A stretch of 64,000 bases of DNA from an uncultured bacterium (GTDB lineage Bacteria; Armatimonadota; Hebobacteria; CAIYQO01). Below, piece after piece: positions 40,713 through 50,081 of the stretch. A model generated the notes under the pieces. That model did no database searches. It saw nothing but the letters and a program-made list of their open reading frames with translations, and was not told the DNA's origin. The DNA lies in assembly GCA_964638715.1 (NCBI GenBank), contig CAZWZF010000008.1, forward strand, positions 92,109 to 156,108, read 5' to 3'. Within the stretch, counting starts at the first letter, position 1; every line of letters begins with the position of its first letter. Made by a program: the position numbers and the translations under genes.

Positions 40713-42848
40713 TTATTTTAAAAATTTTATACGAAAACGGAATAATGCATCTTCGTCATACCACATCGGAAAGTTTGAACCCCACACATTATTATAAAGA
40801 TTAAAATGCATTCCACCAGATAAATCAGGCAGAGATTTATCAAAATGCAATAATCGCGGATTCCCTGGCGCCACCAATGGCACATCCAATGTTTCCAACA
40901 TCAATTCGCCACTAACTATGGGACATCGCAATCCTGATTGCACAGCATGCAATGTTCTGTTTCCACCTTCTATTACATCCAGCGGTGATATCAATTCTCC
41001 CATTTTATCCATCATCCAGCTTTGAGGTTGTGGCACACAAGGTACGAATGAATACCATAATGCTTCAGGAAAACGACATGCAGGTTTATCGAACCACTGC
41101 AATTTTATTTCTACTATTGGGTTCTCATTGGGAAAGGTATATGTAATATAAATTTCCCGCGGAGCACCATACTCGTCAGAGCACCATACAGGAAATTCTA
41201 CTTTTATTAATAATTCTGAGTCTTTATCAGTTTCTTTACATCCTGCCCAGGTCATCACAGGTTTTACCATACATGACTTTGCACCGTCTTCATTAATTCC
41301 CGGCTTGTTGAAATCATGTTGTGCCCAGGCGGAATTTGTCCACTCAGGTGTAAAATTCACATCCATATTAATCAGATATTCTTTCATAAATTGCGCGTAA
41401 TCATCCTCATTAAAAGTTTGATATCGCATTAATCCCAATGGATTGTTTATTCCGGCTAATTCTACAGCAGTCGCCTTATTAATGAATGAACTCAATGCCC
41501 CGGTTTCAGGATCAAGAGAAATTTTAAAATTAGCTGTATTAAATATTCCATCGCATTTCTGATATTTTTTTTGTTCTGGCAGTGTTGGAATTAACGAATC
41601 TAACTCTGCTATTGCTTCTGTTGACAATTCAGAATTAGATGCCAATGATTTTAATGCGTCAGATATATATTTTCGTTGTTCTACCCATGAATCTGAAAAC
41701 TTCTTGAACTTCGGCGTTTTTCTGGCAATTTCAAATTCTTCTTTACGATAACTTTTATCTTTATTAAACAACTGTCCGAACGGTAATGGTTCATCCGCCG
41801 GCAAATGCGTTTTTTCATCCATTCCCCAGGTGTGTTCCGGTATCAGCAAAATATTTCTACTGAATGCATGGTAAATCGGATCATCCCATGAAACTCGTTC
41901 ATTATGTTCCCATTCAGTCCGCAATCGGCAAAGTGAACGATAAGCCGCAACCTTTGCCGGGTCAGTACCTGCGCCATGTATCCAGGTATCACCTATTTCA
42001 CTATTTATCACCGGTAATCTGTCGCGAATATCTTCAATATTTTCAGCAAACGCATCCATTGTAGATGCCATTACCTGATGCCCGGGGAATTGTTCTTTTA
42101 AATAGTTATATTTTGCCAGTATTGCATCTGCGGTTGGCGGTCCGGCATTATCACCCTGGTGAGCAAATGCCAAGACATTTTTTCCTCCGGGAATAACCTG
42201 TACATCTCCGTAACCGCCGGTTTGATACATAACCACAACTTCATCACCACCCGGCGAACACCAGCGAAAAAGCGGCGGAACCTGTGGCGGTGAACATACC
42301 GGATTAACGCCGATATGCAAAAACTTAACACCGGCCTCGGCAAGATATGGAACCATTGCCCGGGTATGTCCAGGCACATCAGTCATCTTGACGGCAATTG
42401 TTTTATGCCCAAATCTTTTATCAAGAGTCTGCGATAACGACAGTCCAAATTTGAATAATGCCGGATCCATTAATTCGGTATGAGTAGTGAATGGCAGCGC
42501 GTGCCAAGTTATATCACCGGCAGCAATGGCAAATTCCAATTTTCTGCGATTTTTAGTATTTGCCTGCTCAAGATATTCATATATCAGCCATGAACCGGTG
42601 GTCCATACCAGCCTTTCTTCACCACCGCGTTGCCGCAATTCATTTGCTGTTTCAATAGCCTGGGGCAACAGCACATTAAAATATCTATCCACTACAGATT
42701 GTGCGCTGTCAGTAAATCCTACATCAAGATGTGATTTAAATATGATATGCACCACTGACTGCAAATTCGCTTGCATATCAGTTTTTTTATTTAATATCTT
42801 TATTGGTGTTGGACTAACGGTCTTAGTCATTTTTAATTTATCCTTCAT
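40713..42848 (-). CDS. Putative glycoside hydrolase of the GH38/GH57-like (polysaccharide-deacetylase-fold) type, no signal peptide.
   Basis: N-terminal IIFKSHLDVGFTD resembles the HSH-x-D-x-GW metal-binding start of GH38 N-domains. Long ORF in operon context. Weak family call. Confidence 0.4.
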   Translation of the reverse strand: MKDKLKMTKTVSPTPIKILNKKTDMQANLQSVVHIIFKSHLDVGFTDSAQSVVDRYFNVLLPQAIETANELRQRGGEERLVWTTGSWLIYEYLEQANTKNRRKLEFAIAAGDITWHALPFTTHTELMDPALFKFGLSLSQTLDKRFGHKTIAVKMTDVPGHTRAMVPYLAEAGVKFLHIGVNPVCSPPQVPPLFRWCSPGGDEVVVMYQTGGYGDVQVIPGGKNVLAFAHQGDNAGPPTADAILAKYNYLKEQFPGHQVMASTMDAFAENIEDIRDRLPVINSEIGDTWIHGAGTDPAKVAAYRSLCRLRTEWEHNERVSWDDPIYHAFSRNILLIPEHTWGMDEKTHLPADEPLPFGQLFNKDKSYRKEEFEIARKTPKFKKFSDSWVEQRKYISDALKSLASNSELSTEAIAELDSLIPTLPEQKKYQKCDGIFNTANFKISLDPETGALSSFINKATAVELAGINNPLGLMRYQTFNEDDYAQFMKEYLINMDVNFTPEWTNSAWAQHDFNKPGINEDGAKSCMVKPVMTWAGCKETDKDSELLIKVEFPVWCSDEYGAPREIYITYTFPNENPIVEIKLQWFDKPACRFPEALWYSFVPCVPQPQSWMMDKMGELISPLDVIEGGNRTLHAVQSGLRCPIVSGELMLETLDVPLVAPGNPRLLHFDKSLPDLSGGMHFNLYNNVWGSNFPMWYDEDALFRFRIKFLK

Positions 42849-42853
42849 CTTTC

Positions 42854-42881
42854 GTAGAGACGCATGGCCGTGCGTCTCTAC
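42854..42881. repeat. Hairpin repeat GTAGAGACGCA-TGGCCG-TGCGTCTCTAC (11-bp perfect arms) in the 29-nt gap between GH31 stop and next start.
   Basis: Read directly. The right arm contains the GH31 stop codon. Second copy at 45326-45353. Confidence 0.6.
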
Positions 42882-45292
42882 ATATTTAATAAAATTACCA
42901 CCTTGAACGGGTCACCGGATTTAATTTCCGGCAGGTGGAACTGGTAACGATTTTCAGTATCTATTTTTTTACAATTAATTTCAATATCACCATTTAAAAA
43001 TGCTGACAGCGGCAATTTGTCTAATGAAACATCAATAGTTATTTGTCGTATCCCACCTAATGGCTTTCCTTCAATTACCTTTCCGGCAATCTCAATTATG
43101 TTATTATTTTTACGCATATTGAATCGCGTTCTGCAAAAATCACCTTGCTTATAATCGGGCGAACGTCCATCATCTTCGTATAATTCGGCACATCCTTCTG
43201 CACCGGGATATACATCAAGTAACAGATGCTTAATATGGGCTGCATGAATATTGTCATCCGACGATTGCCGTGGGATAATGCTGCCTGCTTTTACATATAC
43301 CGGTACTTCAGACAATTCCACATTACGGGTTATTTCTTGACCGCCGGAGACAATCTTTGCCGTCTCAAACTCGTACCATTCCCCTTCGGGAAGATAAATG
43401 GTTCGTTCCTTATCCGTTGATAATACCGGCGCAACCAGCATATCAGGTCCAAAATAAAACTCGTCAAAACGATAACCTGCATTATTCTCTGGCTCCATCA
43501 GGTATAGACCGCGGGTGATGGGCATACCAGTGTCGTAACAGGTACGGGATGCAGTGTAAATATACGGCAGCAAACTATGGCGTATTCGCAACCATCGCCG
43601 GCATTCACCATTCAATTCAGTATCATAATCATAGGGTTTGCGACTGCCGGAACCTGGTGCGCAGTGAAAACGCATAATAGGGTTAAATACCCCGAATTGC
43701 AGCCAGCGTAGATATAACTCCGGTTTAATAATCTTTTCACCCGATCTATTAGTCGTTAACTGACTCGGAGCCAGGCAAAATCCACCCATATCATGACTGA
43801 TATTGGATACGCCTACCCCGCTGGCGCGGATATTGAACTCGCATTGCAACCGCAGCACATCAAAGTCGGACGTTGTATCGCCAGTGAAAAAGCCGCCATA
43901 ACGGTGCGAACCAAAACCACCATATCTCCCCAATAGCATCCCTCGCCGTCCATCACGTTCTGACTCTTCAAAGAAAGTCTTGTTTGTTACTAACTGTCCA
44001 TGTGTTGTGGTCAATTGCCCGCGCGAACCATCGTTCCACCAGTAATCCAATCCGTCATTAATTATGTGGGTGTGGCACACTTTGCGGAATGCGGTATTCT
44101 GTGCTTTATTGCAGATATCAACCTTCGCCATTCGCAGCGTTTTGCCATTATATTCGCGGGTATTTATCTCTACATCGGGTCCGGCTTGTTTTATATATTC
44201 ATCAAAATGACTGTCATCATCACGCACATCCAAAGGATGGTCGTTGAATGTGACATCAAGATTATATTTGCGGCAAAATGCGAAAAATCGCTGCGGGTCG
44301 GGTATTAATTCGGGGTTATATTCCCAATGCCCCCAACCTTCTTTGTGCCATTCCATGTCCATTACCAAAGTTGACAATGGGTAGCCATTAGCAGCAAAAT
44401 CATGTGCCATCTCAGTAATTTCATCCTCGCTGAAAGCGGGCCAACGAGAAAAAATTATGCCATAATCTTTATGAGGTAATACTGGAACCGGCCCGGACAG
44501 CAATCTAAAGTCCTGCAACGCTTGAAGGTAATTCTTGCCATACGCGAAAAAATACCAGTCCTGATAACCGGGTTTATCGCGTTCTATTGGAAAGTCGTCT
44601 TCATCCATTACCGCACCTTCAGAATCATTCAACAGATAATACCCGCTTCTGGATAAAACACCCGGACAAAACTTTCGTGATACTTTGTACCAGTTGAAGG
44701 TGCGCTCGGTATATTTGCCATCATTAAATTGCTGCTGCGCGTCACGCAACCAGTGACCACGACCAAAATTAGCAGGAGCATCTGGGTGCAAGTCTACATA
44801 CAACGGATCAATCTCGCACTGCAGCCATGCCGGCCAGGTAGTGCCGCCGGGATCTGGCGATTCCATTGTTGCGGTTTGCACACCATCTAATACACACGAC
44901 TCACCACCATATCTATCCAAACTGCGCAGCGTGCCACCGAGATTCTGATAATCCCGATCACCGGGACGCCATATCTGCATCAGTTTGCCGTCGTTCCATC
45001 GTAACTCCAGATTATTGCGGTTACACGGCTTATCATTATCAATTGTACGAATTTGCATCGCGCCAGTATCCAACACATCCCATTTACCATCGCGTGTAAT
45101 TGCAGTGAAAGCTACTGGTTGCTGCTGATTATAAGCGACCATGCTACGCCGGTCATCAAAAATGCCATCTGGTGAAAATTCTATTCTCACCAGTGTTGGG
45201 GAGAGGCATATAAAACGGCGATGACCGATAACCACCGCCGCTGAGTTCACGAAATTATTATCTTTTTTTACATCCGAATATGGAATTGTCAT
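42878..45292 (-). CDS. Glycoside hydrolase family 31 (alpha-glucosidase/alpha-xylosidase-like).
   Basis: LVMDMEWH matches the GH31 catalytic-nucleophile region (WiDMnE). Typical GH31 C-terminal beta-sandwich pattern (YLPEGEWYEF). The track start at 45337 is a TTG inside a hairpin repeat, so the start was moved to the ATG at 45292 (MTIPYSDVKK). Confidence 0.8.
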   Translation of the reverse strand: MTIPYSDVKKDNNFVNSAAVVIGHRRFICLSPTLVRIEFSPDGIFDDRRSMVAYNQQQPVAFTAITRDGKWDVLDTGAMQIRTIDNDKPCNRNNLELRWNDGKLMQIWRPGDRDYQNLGGTLRSLDRYGGESCVLDGVQTATMESPDPGGTTWPAWLQCEIDPLYVDLHPDAPANFGRGHWLRDAQQQFNDGKYTERTFNWYKVSRKFCPGVLSRSGYYLLNDSEGAVMDEDDFPIERDKPGYQDWYFFAYGKNYLQALQDFRLLSGPVPVLPHKDYGIIFSRWPAFSEDEITEMAHDFAANGYPLSTLVMDMEWHKEGWGHWEYNPELIPDPQRFFAFCRKYNLDVTFNDHPLDVRDDDSHFDEYIKQAGPDVEINTREYNGKTLRMAKVDICNKAQNTAFRKVCHTHIINDGLDYWWNDGSRGQLTTTHGQLVTNKTFFEESERDGRRGMLLGRYGGFGSHRYGGFFTGDTTSDFDVLRLQCEFNIRASGVGVSNISHDMGGFCLAPSQLTTNRSGEKIIKPELYLRWLQFGVFNPIMRFHCAPGSGSRKPYDYDTELNGECRRWLRIRHSLLPYIYTASRTCYDTGMPITRGLYLMEPENNAGYRFDEFYFGPDMLVAPVLSTDKERTIYLPEGEWYEFETAKIVSGGQEITRNVELSEVPVYVKAGSIIPRQSSDDNIHAAHIKHLLLDVYPGAEGCAELYEDDGRSPDYKQGDFCRTRFNMRKNNNIIEIAGKVIEGKPLGGIRQITIDVSLDKLPLSAFLNGDIEINCKKIDTENRYQFHLPEIKSGDPFKVVILLNM

Positions 45293-45325
45293 AAAATTAA
45301 ATCCCTGATTTATACATATTTTTTC

Positions 45326-45353
45326 GTAGAGACGCAAAATCTTGCGTCTCTAC
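45326..45353. repeat. Second copy of the hairpin repeat, GTAGAGACGCA-AAATCT-TGCGTCTCTAC, upstream of the GH31 gene. A partial third right arm (CGTCTCTACAG) sits at 45388-45399.
   Basis: Read directly. Arms identical to the 42854 copy, spacer differs. Confidence 0.6.
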
Positions 45354-45393
45354 AGAACAGATATTATTTTTGACTATCGCAAAATAGACGTCT

Positions 45394-46353
45394 CTACAGT
45401 TCCGATTGAACAAACCTTACTTCTGCCAAGCGCATACTATTGTCGCCAAAGTTTGATGTTATTACCATTTTGACCCATTTTGCCTTTGTTGATCCGCCGG
45501 TAAATGGATAAAATTGCGCCCGCCATGTTGATTGCGTTTCATTTCTAAACTCAGCAGGTGCACCATTTACCGCTGTGTATGTTCCATTCAAGTTGGTTGT
45601 AGCATCAATTGATGATGTCAAGGTTATCCCTTTTACTGCCCGGTTTGGATAAGAAGTGCCTTCATAATAGTTCCAGATACAGATACCAGACAAATTATAA
45701 TTATCACCAAGATTAAATAAAATGTATTTATTTAACGCGCATTGCCATACTTTTGCTGTTAAGTAGCTATGGTCAGGCCAGGTTGATGGAGCTTGGTCAC
45801 CTGTATTCAACGGCTTGGTTAATCCTTCGCCATCAATAGCTAATAAAGGTGTCCCGGAGTCAGAATATGCAAATACCGGCTTAACTATAGTCCATTTGTA
45901 TGGATCACCCAATGAGCAATGACCATCAACAAAACTTTTGATTACTTTACCGCTATGGCGCGCATCAATATCATTATCTTTGCCATCCATTGTCAGCCAG
46001 GTTGCGCTGGTATCAGGTATAGTACCAACGGCCATATTTGAACATTTAACAGCATTGTAAATAAAGCCTGGCAATACAGTTCTGCCGGCAGACGGACAAA
46101 TTTTTATACCATCATCAACACTGATACTGGTCCAGAATGTTGTGGAAGATGGTAATATCTCCTGATGGTCCTGGCAATACATTTGTGCGGATACTGCTAT
46201 TTGCCTCTGGTTGCTCATACAGGTTGTTTGCCGCGCTTTTTCTCGTGCCCGGGCAAACACCGGGAACAGTATGGCGGCCAAAATGGCAATTATGGCAATC
46301 ACGACCAGCAGTTCAATAAGGGTAAAACCTTTTCGTGAATTAAATTTATACAT
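45394..46353 (-). CDS. Prepilin-type N-terminal cleavage/methylation domain protein (DUF1559 pseudopilin-like) with C-terminal discoidin/F5-8 type C (CBM32-like) domain.
   Basis: N-terminus [44 protein letters not shown] (class III signal/pilin motif G-F-T-L-I-E). DUF1559 H..DGH motif (VDGHC). C-terminus ...WVKMVITSNFGDNSMRLAEVRFV is discoidin-like. Confidence 0.8.
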   Translation of the reverse strand: MYKFNSRKGFTLIELLVVIAIIAILAAILFPVFARAREKARQTTCMSNQRQIAVSAQMYCQDHQEILPSSTTFWTSISVDDGIKICPSAGRTVLPGFIYNAVKCSNMAVGTIPDTSATWLTMDGKDNDIDARHSGKVIKSFVDGHCSLGDPYKWTIVKPVFAYSDSGTPLLAIDGEGLTKPLNTGDQAPSTWPDHSYLTAKVWQCALNKYILFNLGDNYNLSGICIWNYYEGTSYPNRAVKGITLTSSIDATTNLNGTYTAVNGAPAEFRNETQSTWRAQFYPFTGGSTKAKWVKMVITSNFGDNSMRLAEVRFVQSEL

Positions 46354-46389
46354 AAAATTTCCTCCTCAAAGAAATATGAACGATAATAA

Positions 46390-47403
46390 TTAAGGCGTGT
46401 AGACGAATCGAACTTCACCAAGCCCGGCACCACCACCCCAATGTGAATTGATATATATTTTTACCCATTTAGCTTTTGTAGCTTGTCCGCTAAATGTATA
46501 ATATTGTGCTTTCCACGGATTCGTTGTTTCATTGCCAAATTCAATAGGTGCTCCAGGAATTACAGCCCATACACCATCTGAACCATTTGTTGAATCTAAT
46601 GATGAACTGATAGTTACCGACCTGAGTGATCGGTTTGGCCATGAGGAATTTTCATAATAATTCCAGATAGTGATACCGGTAAGATTGTATGTACCGCCCA
46701 GATAATAAACTATCCAATTTCCACTACTCGACGGCCACCAATAATTTTCATTACCTCCAGAGCCGGAATTGGTTTGAGTTGGCCAGGTTAAAGGTATTGA
46801 ATCTCCGGTGCTTAATGCTTTCGATAATCCAATGCCGTCAGTAGTAGCAGCAAATGAAGAACCTCGTGTACCTGCGGCAGGACCACTGGTTGCCACACAA
46901 GTCGGCTGAATAATATAGTATTGAAATGGTTTCGATGCCGCACAATGACCGTCAACATAGCTAAGTACCAGATTTCCACTGTGACGCGGGTCCATAGCGT
47001 CATTTTTTCCATCGCAGGTCAACCATACAGCTGACGCGTCCGGTATTTTTAACGGGTCGCCGATGGCGGTACCTGAACATATAGCAGCATTATAAACATA
47101 TCCGGGCAGGACATCCCTGCCTGCTGTCGGGCATATCTTCACCCCATCATCAACTTTTATATCATTCCAGAAAGTTGCTGATAAAGGCAGCGTTTCGTCA
47201 TGGTCCTGCGCGAACATCTGAACCGATGCAGATATTTGCCGCTGATTACTGGTACAGGTAGTCTGCCGTGCTTTCTCCCGCGCCCGGGCAAATACCGGGA
47301 ACAATATCGCGGCCAAAATGGCAATAATGGCAATCACAACCAGAAGTTCAATCAGCGTAAATCCTGATTTTCGTTTGCCACATTTGGAATAGTGATGATA
47401 CAT
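46390..47403 (-). CDS. DUF1559 pseudopilin-like protein with C-terminal discoidin (CBM32-like) domain. Tandem paralog.
   Basis: [44 protein letters not shown] and ...WVKIYINSHWGGGAGLGEVRFV. Perfect TGTTAACGTTAACA palindrome 29 nt upstream of the ATG. Confidence 0.8.
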   Translation of the reverse strand: MYHHYSKCGKRKSGFTLIELLVVIAIIAILAAILFPVFARAREKARQTTCTSNQRQISASVQMFAQDHDETLPLSATFWNDIKVDDGVKICPTAGRDVLPGYVYNAAICSGTAIGDPLKIPDASAVWLTCDGKNDAMDPRHSGNLVLSYVDGHCAASKPFQYYIIQPTCVATSGPAAGTRGSSFAATTDGIGLSKALSTGDSIPLTWPTQTNSGSGGNENYWWPSSSGNWIVYYLGGTYNLTGITIWNYYENSSWPNRSLRSVTISSSLDSTNGSDGVWAVIPGAPIEFGNETTNPWKAQYYTFSGQATKAKWVKIYINSHWGGGAGLGEVRFVYTP

Positions 47404-47431
47404 AATAAATACCCCCTTAATAAAAATATTT

Positions 47432-47445
47432 TGTTAACGTTAACA
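47432..47445. promoter_or_regulatory. Candidate LacI-family operator TGTTAACGTTAACA (perfect 14-nt palindrome), 29 nt upstream of the 46390..47403 start.
   Basis: Read directly. Followed (minus sense) by AAGGGGGT Shine-Dalgarno and ATG. Confidence 0.6.
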
Positions 47446-47587
47446 GAATATTGCTAATATTAATTATACCACTGTGTTTGTATGGTGTAAATAGGAATTT
47501 AAAAGAATTTAAAAATAAAAAATCGGGGTGGCTTGCACACCTTAATAGGCAATAGAGCCACCCCTAAATAATTGTATTCGATTCAGA

Positions 47588-48730
47588 TTATTGCAGAATT
47601 CCCCATTTTTTCTTCAGGTATTCATATATGATATTGCTATCAGATGTTGATAATGCAGGAGAGAAACACAATACTTCTGAAACATCACCTGTATAATAAT
47701 CACCACCTTGCATTCCTCGTTTGCCAACACTAAATCCATAGATTGAATAATTGTTGGTAGTAGGAATGCTGCTAAAAACGCAGACACCAGCACCTGGGCC
47801 TGCCTGAATAGCATCTTTTGTTAACTGTTTTGGTGTCAGATAAAAACCACCTGTATTTTCATAATCAGAATAATAAGTTCCGCCATTTAATCCACCGGCA
47901 CCGACAATACGACCCATTTGAGTTGCGTTAGGACTGTTTGATACTGTAAATACACTCCACTTTGCTGACTGGGTTGCACCCACTGCACGAAAATCTACTT
48001 GCATACCACAATTAGTAACACCAGAAAATGATATTGTCGGTTTGCCATTCATCCCTGTTGCTGACAATATCGGCGAAATAGTAGCAGGAGTCAAATCACG
48101 TGCTTTACCAGACTGGTCTTTCCATAAAGTAACCGCACCAGTTGTTGCATTTGCTACAACACCCATATCTGCCATTACCCAAAATTGCAAATTATTCTTT
48201 GATATCGGACATGGTACAAGGTCAAATGAACTGCCTGCCTCGGAATGACCATCTACATAGCTGGCGACAGCCTTGCTGCTATGCCGATTAGTGTCAATGT
48301 CAGTTACAGAGTTTAATATATTTACACCACCCGCGCTATCTGCAGTCATTAGCACTTTTGCTGGGTTATCAATATCACTTGTTACCCGGTCTGACAGCCA
48401 ACTATTATAACCATATACAGAAATAGAGTTATCACCACTTTTAGAAGCAGACGGACATTCCCAAGATTTGCCGGAAATGCCATTGCTGCCGCCTAATGAA
48501 GTTTTCCATGTGCCGCTATTAGGCAATCGCTGTTCGTGGTCCTGCGCATACATAGTCATAGCTATCGCTAATTGCCTCTGGTTGCTGGTACATACCGTCT
48601 GTCGGGATTTCTCACGCGCCTTGGCGAATACCGGGAATAATATCGCGGCCAAAATGGCAATTATGGCAATCACGACCAGAAGTTCTATCAGGGTAAAACC
48701 CTTTCCTTCTGTTTTGTTTAACGTTATCAT
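47588..48730 (-). CDS. DUF1559 pseudopilin-like protein with C-terminal LamG/ConA-like lectin domain. Tandem paralog.
   Basis: [44 protein letters not shown] and C-terminal ...[30 protein letters not shown] (LamG-like ending). Confidence 0.8.
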   Translation of the reverse strand: MITLNKTEGKGFTLIELLVVIAIIAILAAILFPVFAKAREKSRQTVCTSNQRQLAIAMTMYAQDHEQRLPNSGTWKTSLGGSNGISGKSWECPSASKSGDNSISVYGYNSWLSDRVTSDIDNPAKVLMTADSAGGVNILNSVTDIDTNRHSSKAVASYVDGHSEAGSSFDLVPCPISKNNLQFWVMADMGVVANATTGAVTLWKDQSGKARDLTPATISPILSATGMNGKPTISFSGVTNCGMQVDFRAVGATQSAKWSVFTVSNSPNATQMGRIVGAGGLNGGTYYSDYENTGGFYLTPKQLTKDAIQAGPGAGVCVFSSIPTTNNYSIYGFSVGKRGMQGGDYYTGDVSEVLCFSPALSTSDSNIIYEYLKKKWGILQ

Positions 48731-48753
48731 TATCAGTCTCCTCTTAATTTATT

Positions 48754-48800
48754 GTACCAGATGGTACGGTCAGTAATCAATTATCGCAGTTTGCGATAAT
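48754..48800. promoter_or_regulatory. Two short inverted repeats, GTACCA-GA-TGGTAC and ATTATCGCA-GTT-TGCGATAAT, in the 74-nt spacer between DUF1559 genes 4 and 3.
   Basis: Read directly. Could be an internal terminator/attenuator or an operator within the array. Confidence 0.3.
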
Positions 48801-48804
48801 CATG

Positions 48805-49950
48805 TTAAAGTGCGTATTTCGCCTTTAAATATGCCATTACTTTATCAATATCGCTTTGAGACATATCATCGTGATAACACAATATTTCACAAACTTGCAT
48901 TATAGGACTTTTATCAGGATTTTCCCATCCAAGTGTAAGAGGACTAACAACACTGACAGTACGAAAACGTCCAACTCCAAATAGTGATGTTTTTCTGGTT
49001 GGTGTGATTTTTACTGTTGCTGCATTAAAAGCTAAAGGGAATGGACCTGTTGTATCTGTCCAACTAATTGAAGTGCCATTTGCGACATCTGGTGCACAGC
49101 CTTTTAAAATAGTGCCAGTCTGACATTTATCTGTCATGTTGTATACTGTAAAGCATGTAAAAGTAGATATAGAAAGTGGTGTTGCCATTAGACTGTTTGT
49201 TCCCGCCCCTGAATTGTTTTGAATAGTTGTAAATGCGGAATAACCATTTAAGGCACTGGGAGTAACAGTAGCACCGTTTCCGGCAGGATAAAGATCATTT
49301 TTATAACCAGATTCATCAGACCATTTTTTCAAAATACTACTACCACCAGAGGTAATATTCTCCGGCATCAACCAGAGTACCAGATGTCCAGATACCGGCG
49401 GAAGGCGTAACTTTAGTGTATTTGATGTGCCAACAACAACGTGGCCATCTAATGCTGACATGATGGCTTTACCCGAATGTCTTTCTGCTATTAATACCTG
49501 GTTATAGATACATCCAGGAACTTGATATGATGAATTAGTGGTTTGTACCAGAGAATCGCCGGTTAGTAATATTCCCGACGGGTCATCTATTTCGCCTATC
49601 GATGCTGGTTGACCGGTGGATGTTTTACCCAGAAACTGGTTGTAACCATATTCCGGTTTACCGGCACTACCCTCGTCATTCGTGGTCGGACAATCAAATA
49701 TTTTCGGGTCCAATCCGGTTAGCGCAAGCGTCCAACCCTCGGCGGGCGGCAATGTTTCTTCATGATCCTGTGCATACATCATCATAGATGCTGCCAATTG
49801 TTTTTGGCTGTTAGTGCATGTGGTCTGATTAGCCTTTTCTTTTGCCCTGGCAAACACCGGGAAAAGTATCGCCGCTAAAACAGCAATAATGGCAACTACA
49901 ACTAATAGCTCTATCAGTGTAAAACCATGCGAATGAGCATTATTTTTCAT
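48805..49950 (-). CDS. DUF1559 pseudopilin-like protein with C-terminal LamG/ConA-like domain. Tandem paralog, first of the array.
   Basis: [38 protein letters not shown]...VCEILCYHDDMSQSDIDKVMAYLKAKY. TGTTAACGTTAACA palindrome 26 nt upstream of the ATG. Confidence 0.8.
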   Translation of the reverse strand: MKNNAHSHGFTLIELLVVVAIIAVLAAILFPVFARAKEKANQTTCTNSQKQLAASMMMYAQDHEETLPPAEGWTLALTGLDPKIFDCPTTNDEGSAGKPEYGYNQFLGKTSTGQPASIGEIDDPSGILLTGDSLVQTTNSSYQVPGCIYNQVLIAERHSGKAIMSALDGHVVVGTSNTLKLRLPPVSGHLVLWLMPENITSGGSSILKKWSDESGYKNDLYPAGNGATVTPSALNGYSAFTTIQNNSGAGTNSLMATPLSISTFTCFTVYNMTDKCQTGTILKGCAPDVANGTSISWTDTTGPFPLAFNAATVKITPTRKTSLFGVGRFRTVSVVSPLTLGWENPDKSPIMQVCEILCYHDDMSQSDIDKVMAYLKAKYAL

Positions 49951-49975
49951 AATCCCCCCCTTGTAAAAATAAAAT

Positions 49976-49989
49976 TGTTAACGTTAACA
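49976..49989. promoter_or_regulatory. Candidate LacI-family operator TGTTAACGTTAACA (perfect), 26 nt upstream of the first DUF1559 gene (48805..49950).
   Basis: Read directly. Identical to the 47432 site. Confidence 0.6.
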
Positions 49990-50081
49990 GATATTATAAA
50001 TTTATAATAGCAGAATGTGTCATAAATGTCAATAGATTTTTTGTCGAGCATTAATAAATTTTACGTCAAGCTATTACTTGA

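Noticed and set aside
42854-42881. Hairpin considered as a rho-independent terminator
   Set aside because: No U-run follows on the transcribed (minus) strand. Treated as a REP-like repeat instead.
48468-48776. Small plus-strand ORFs inside the DUF1559 array (for example 46211..46393, 48468..48776)
   Set aside because: They are antisense images of the conserved hydrophobic pilin-like N-termini, which is why they recur.
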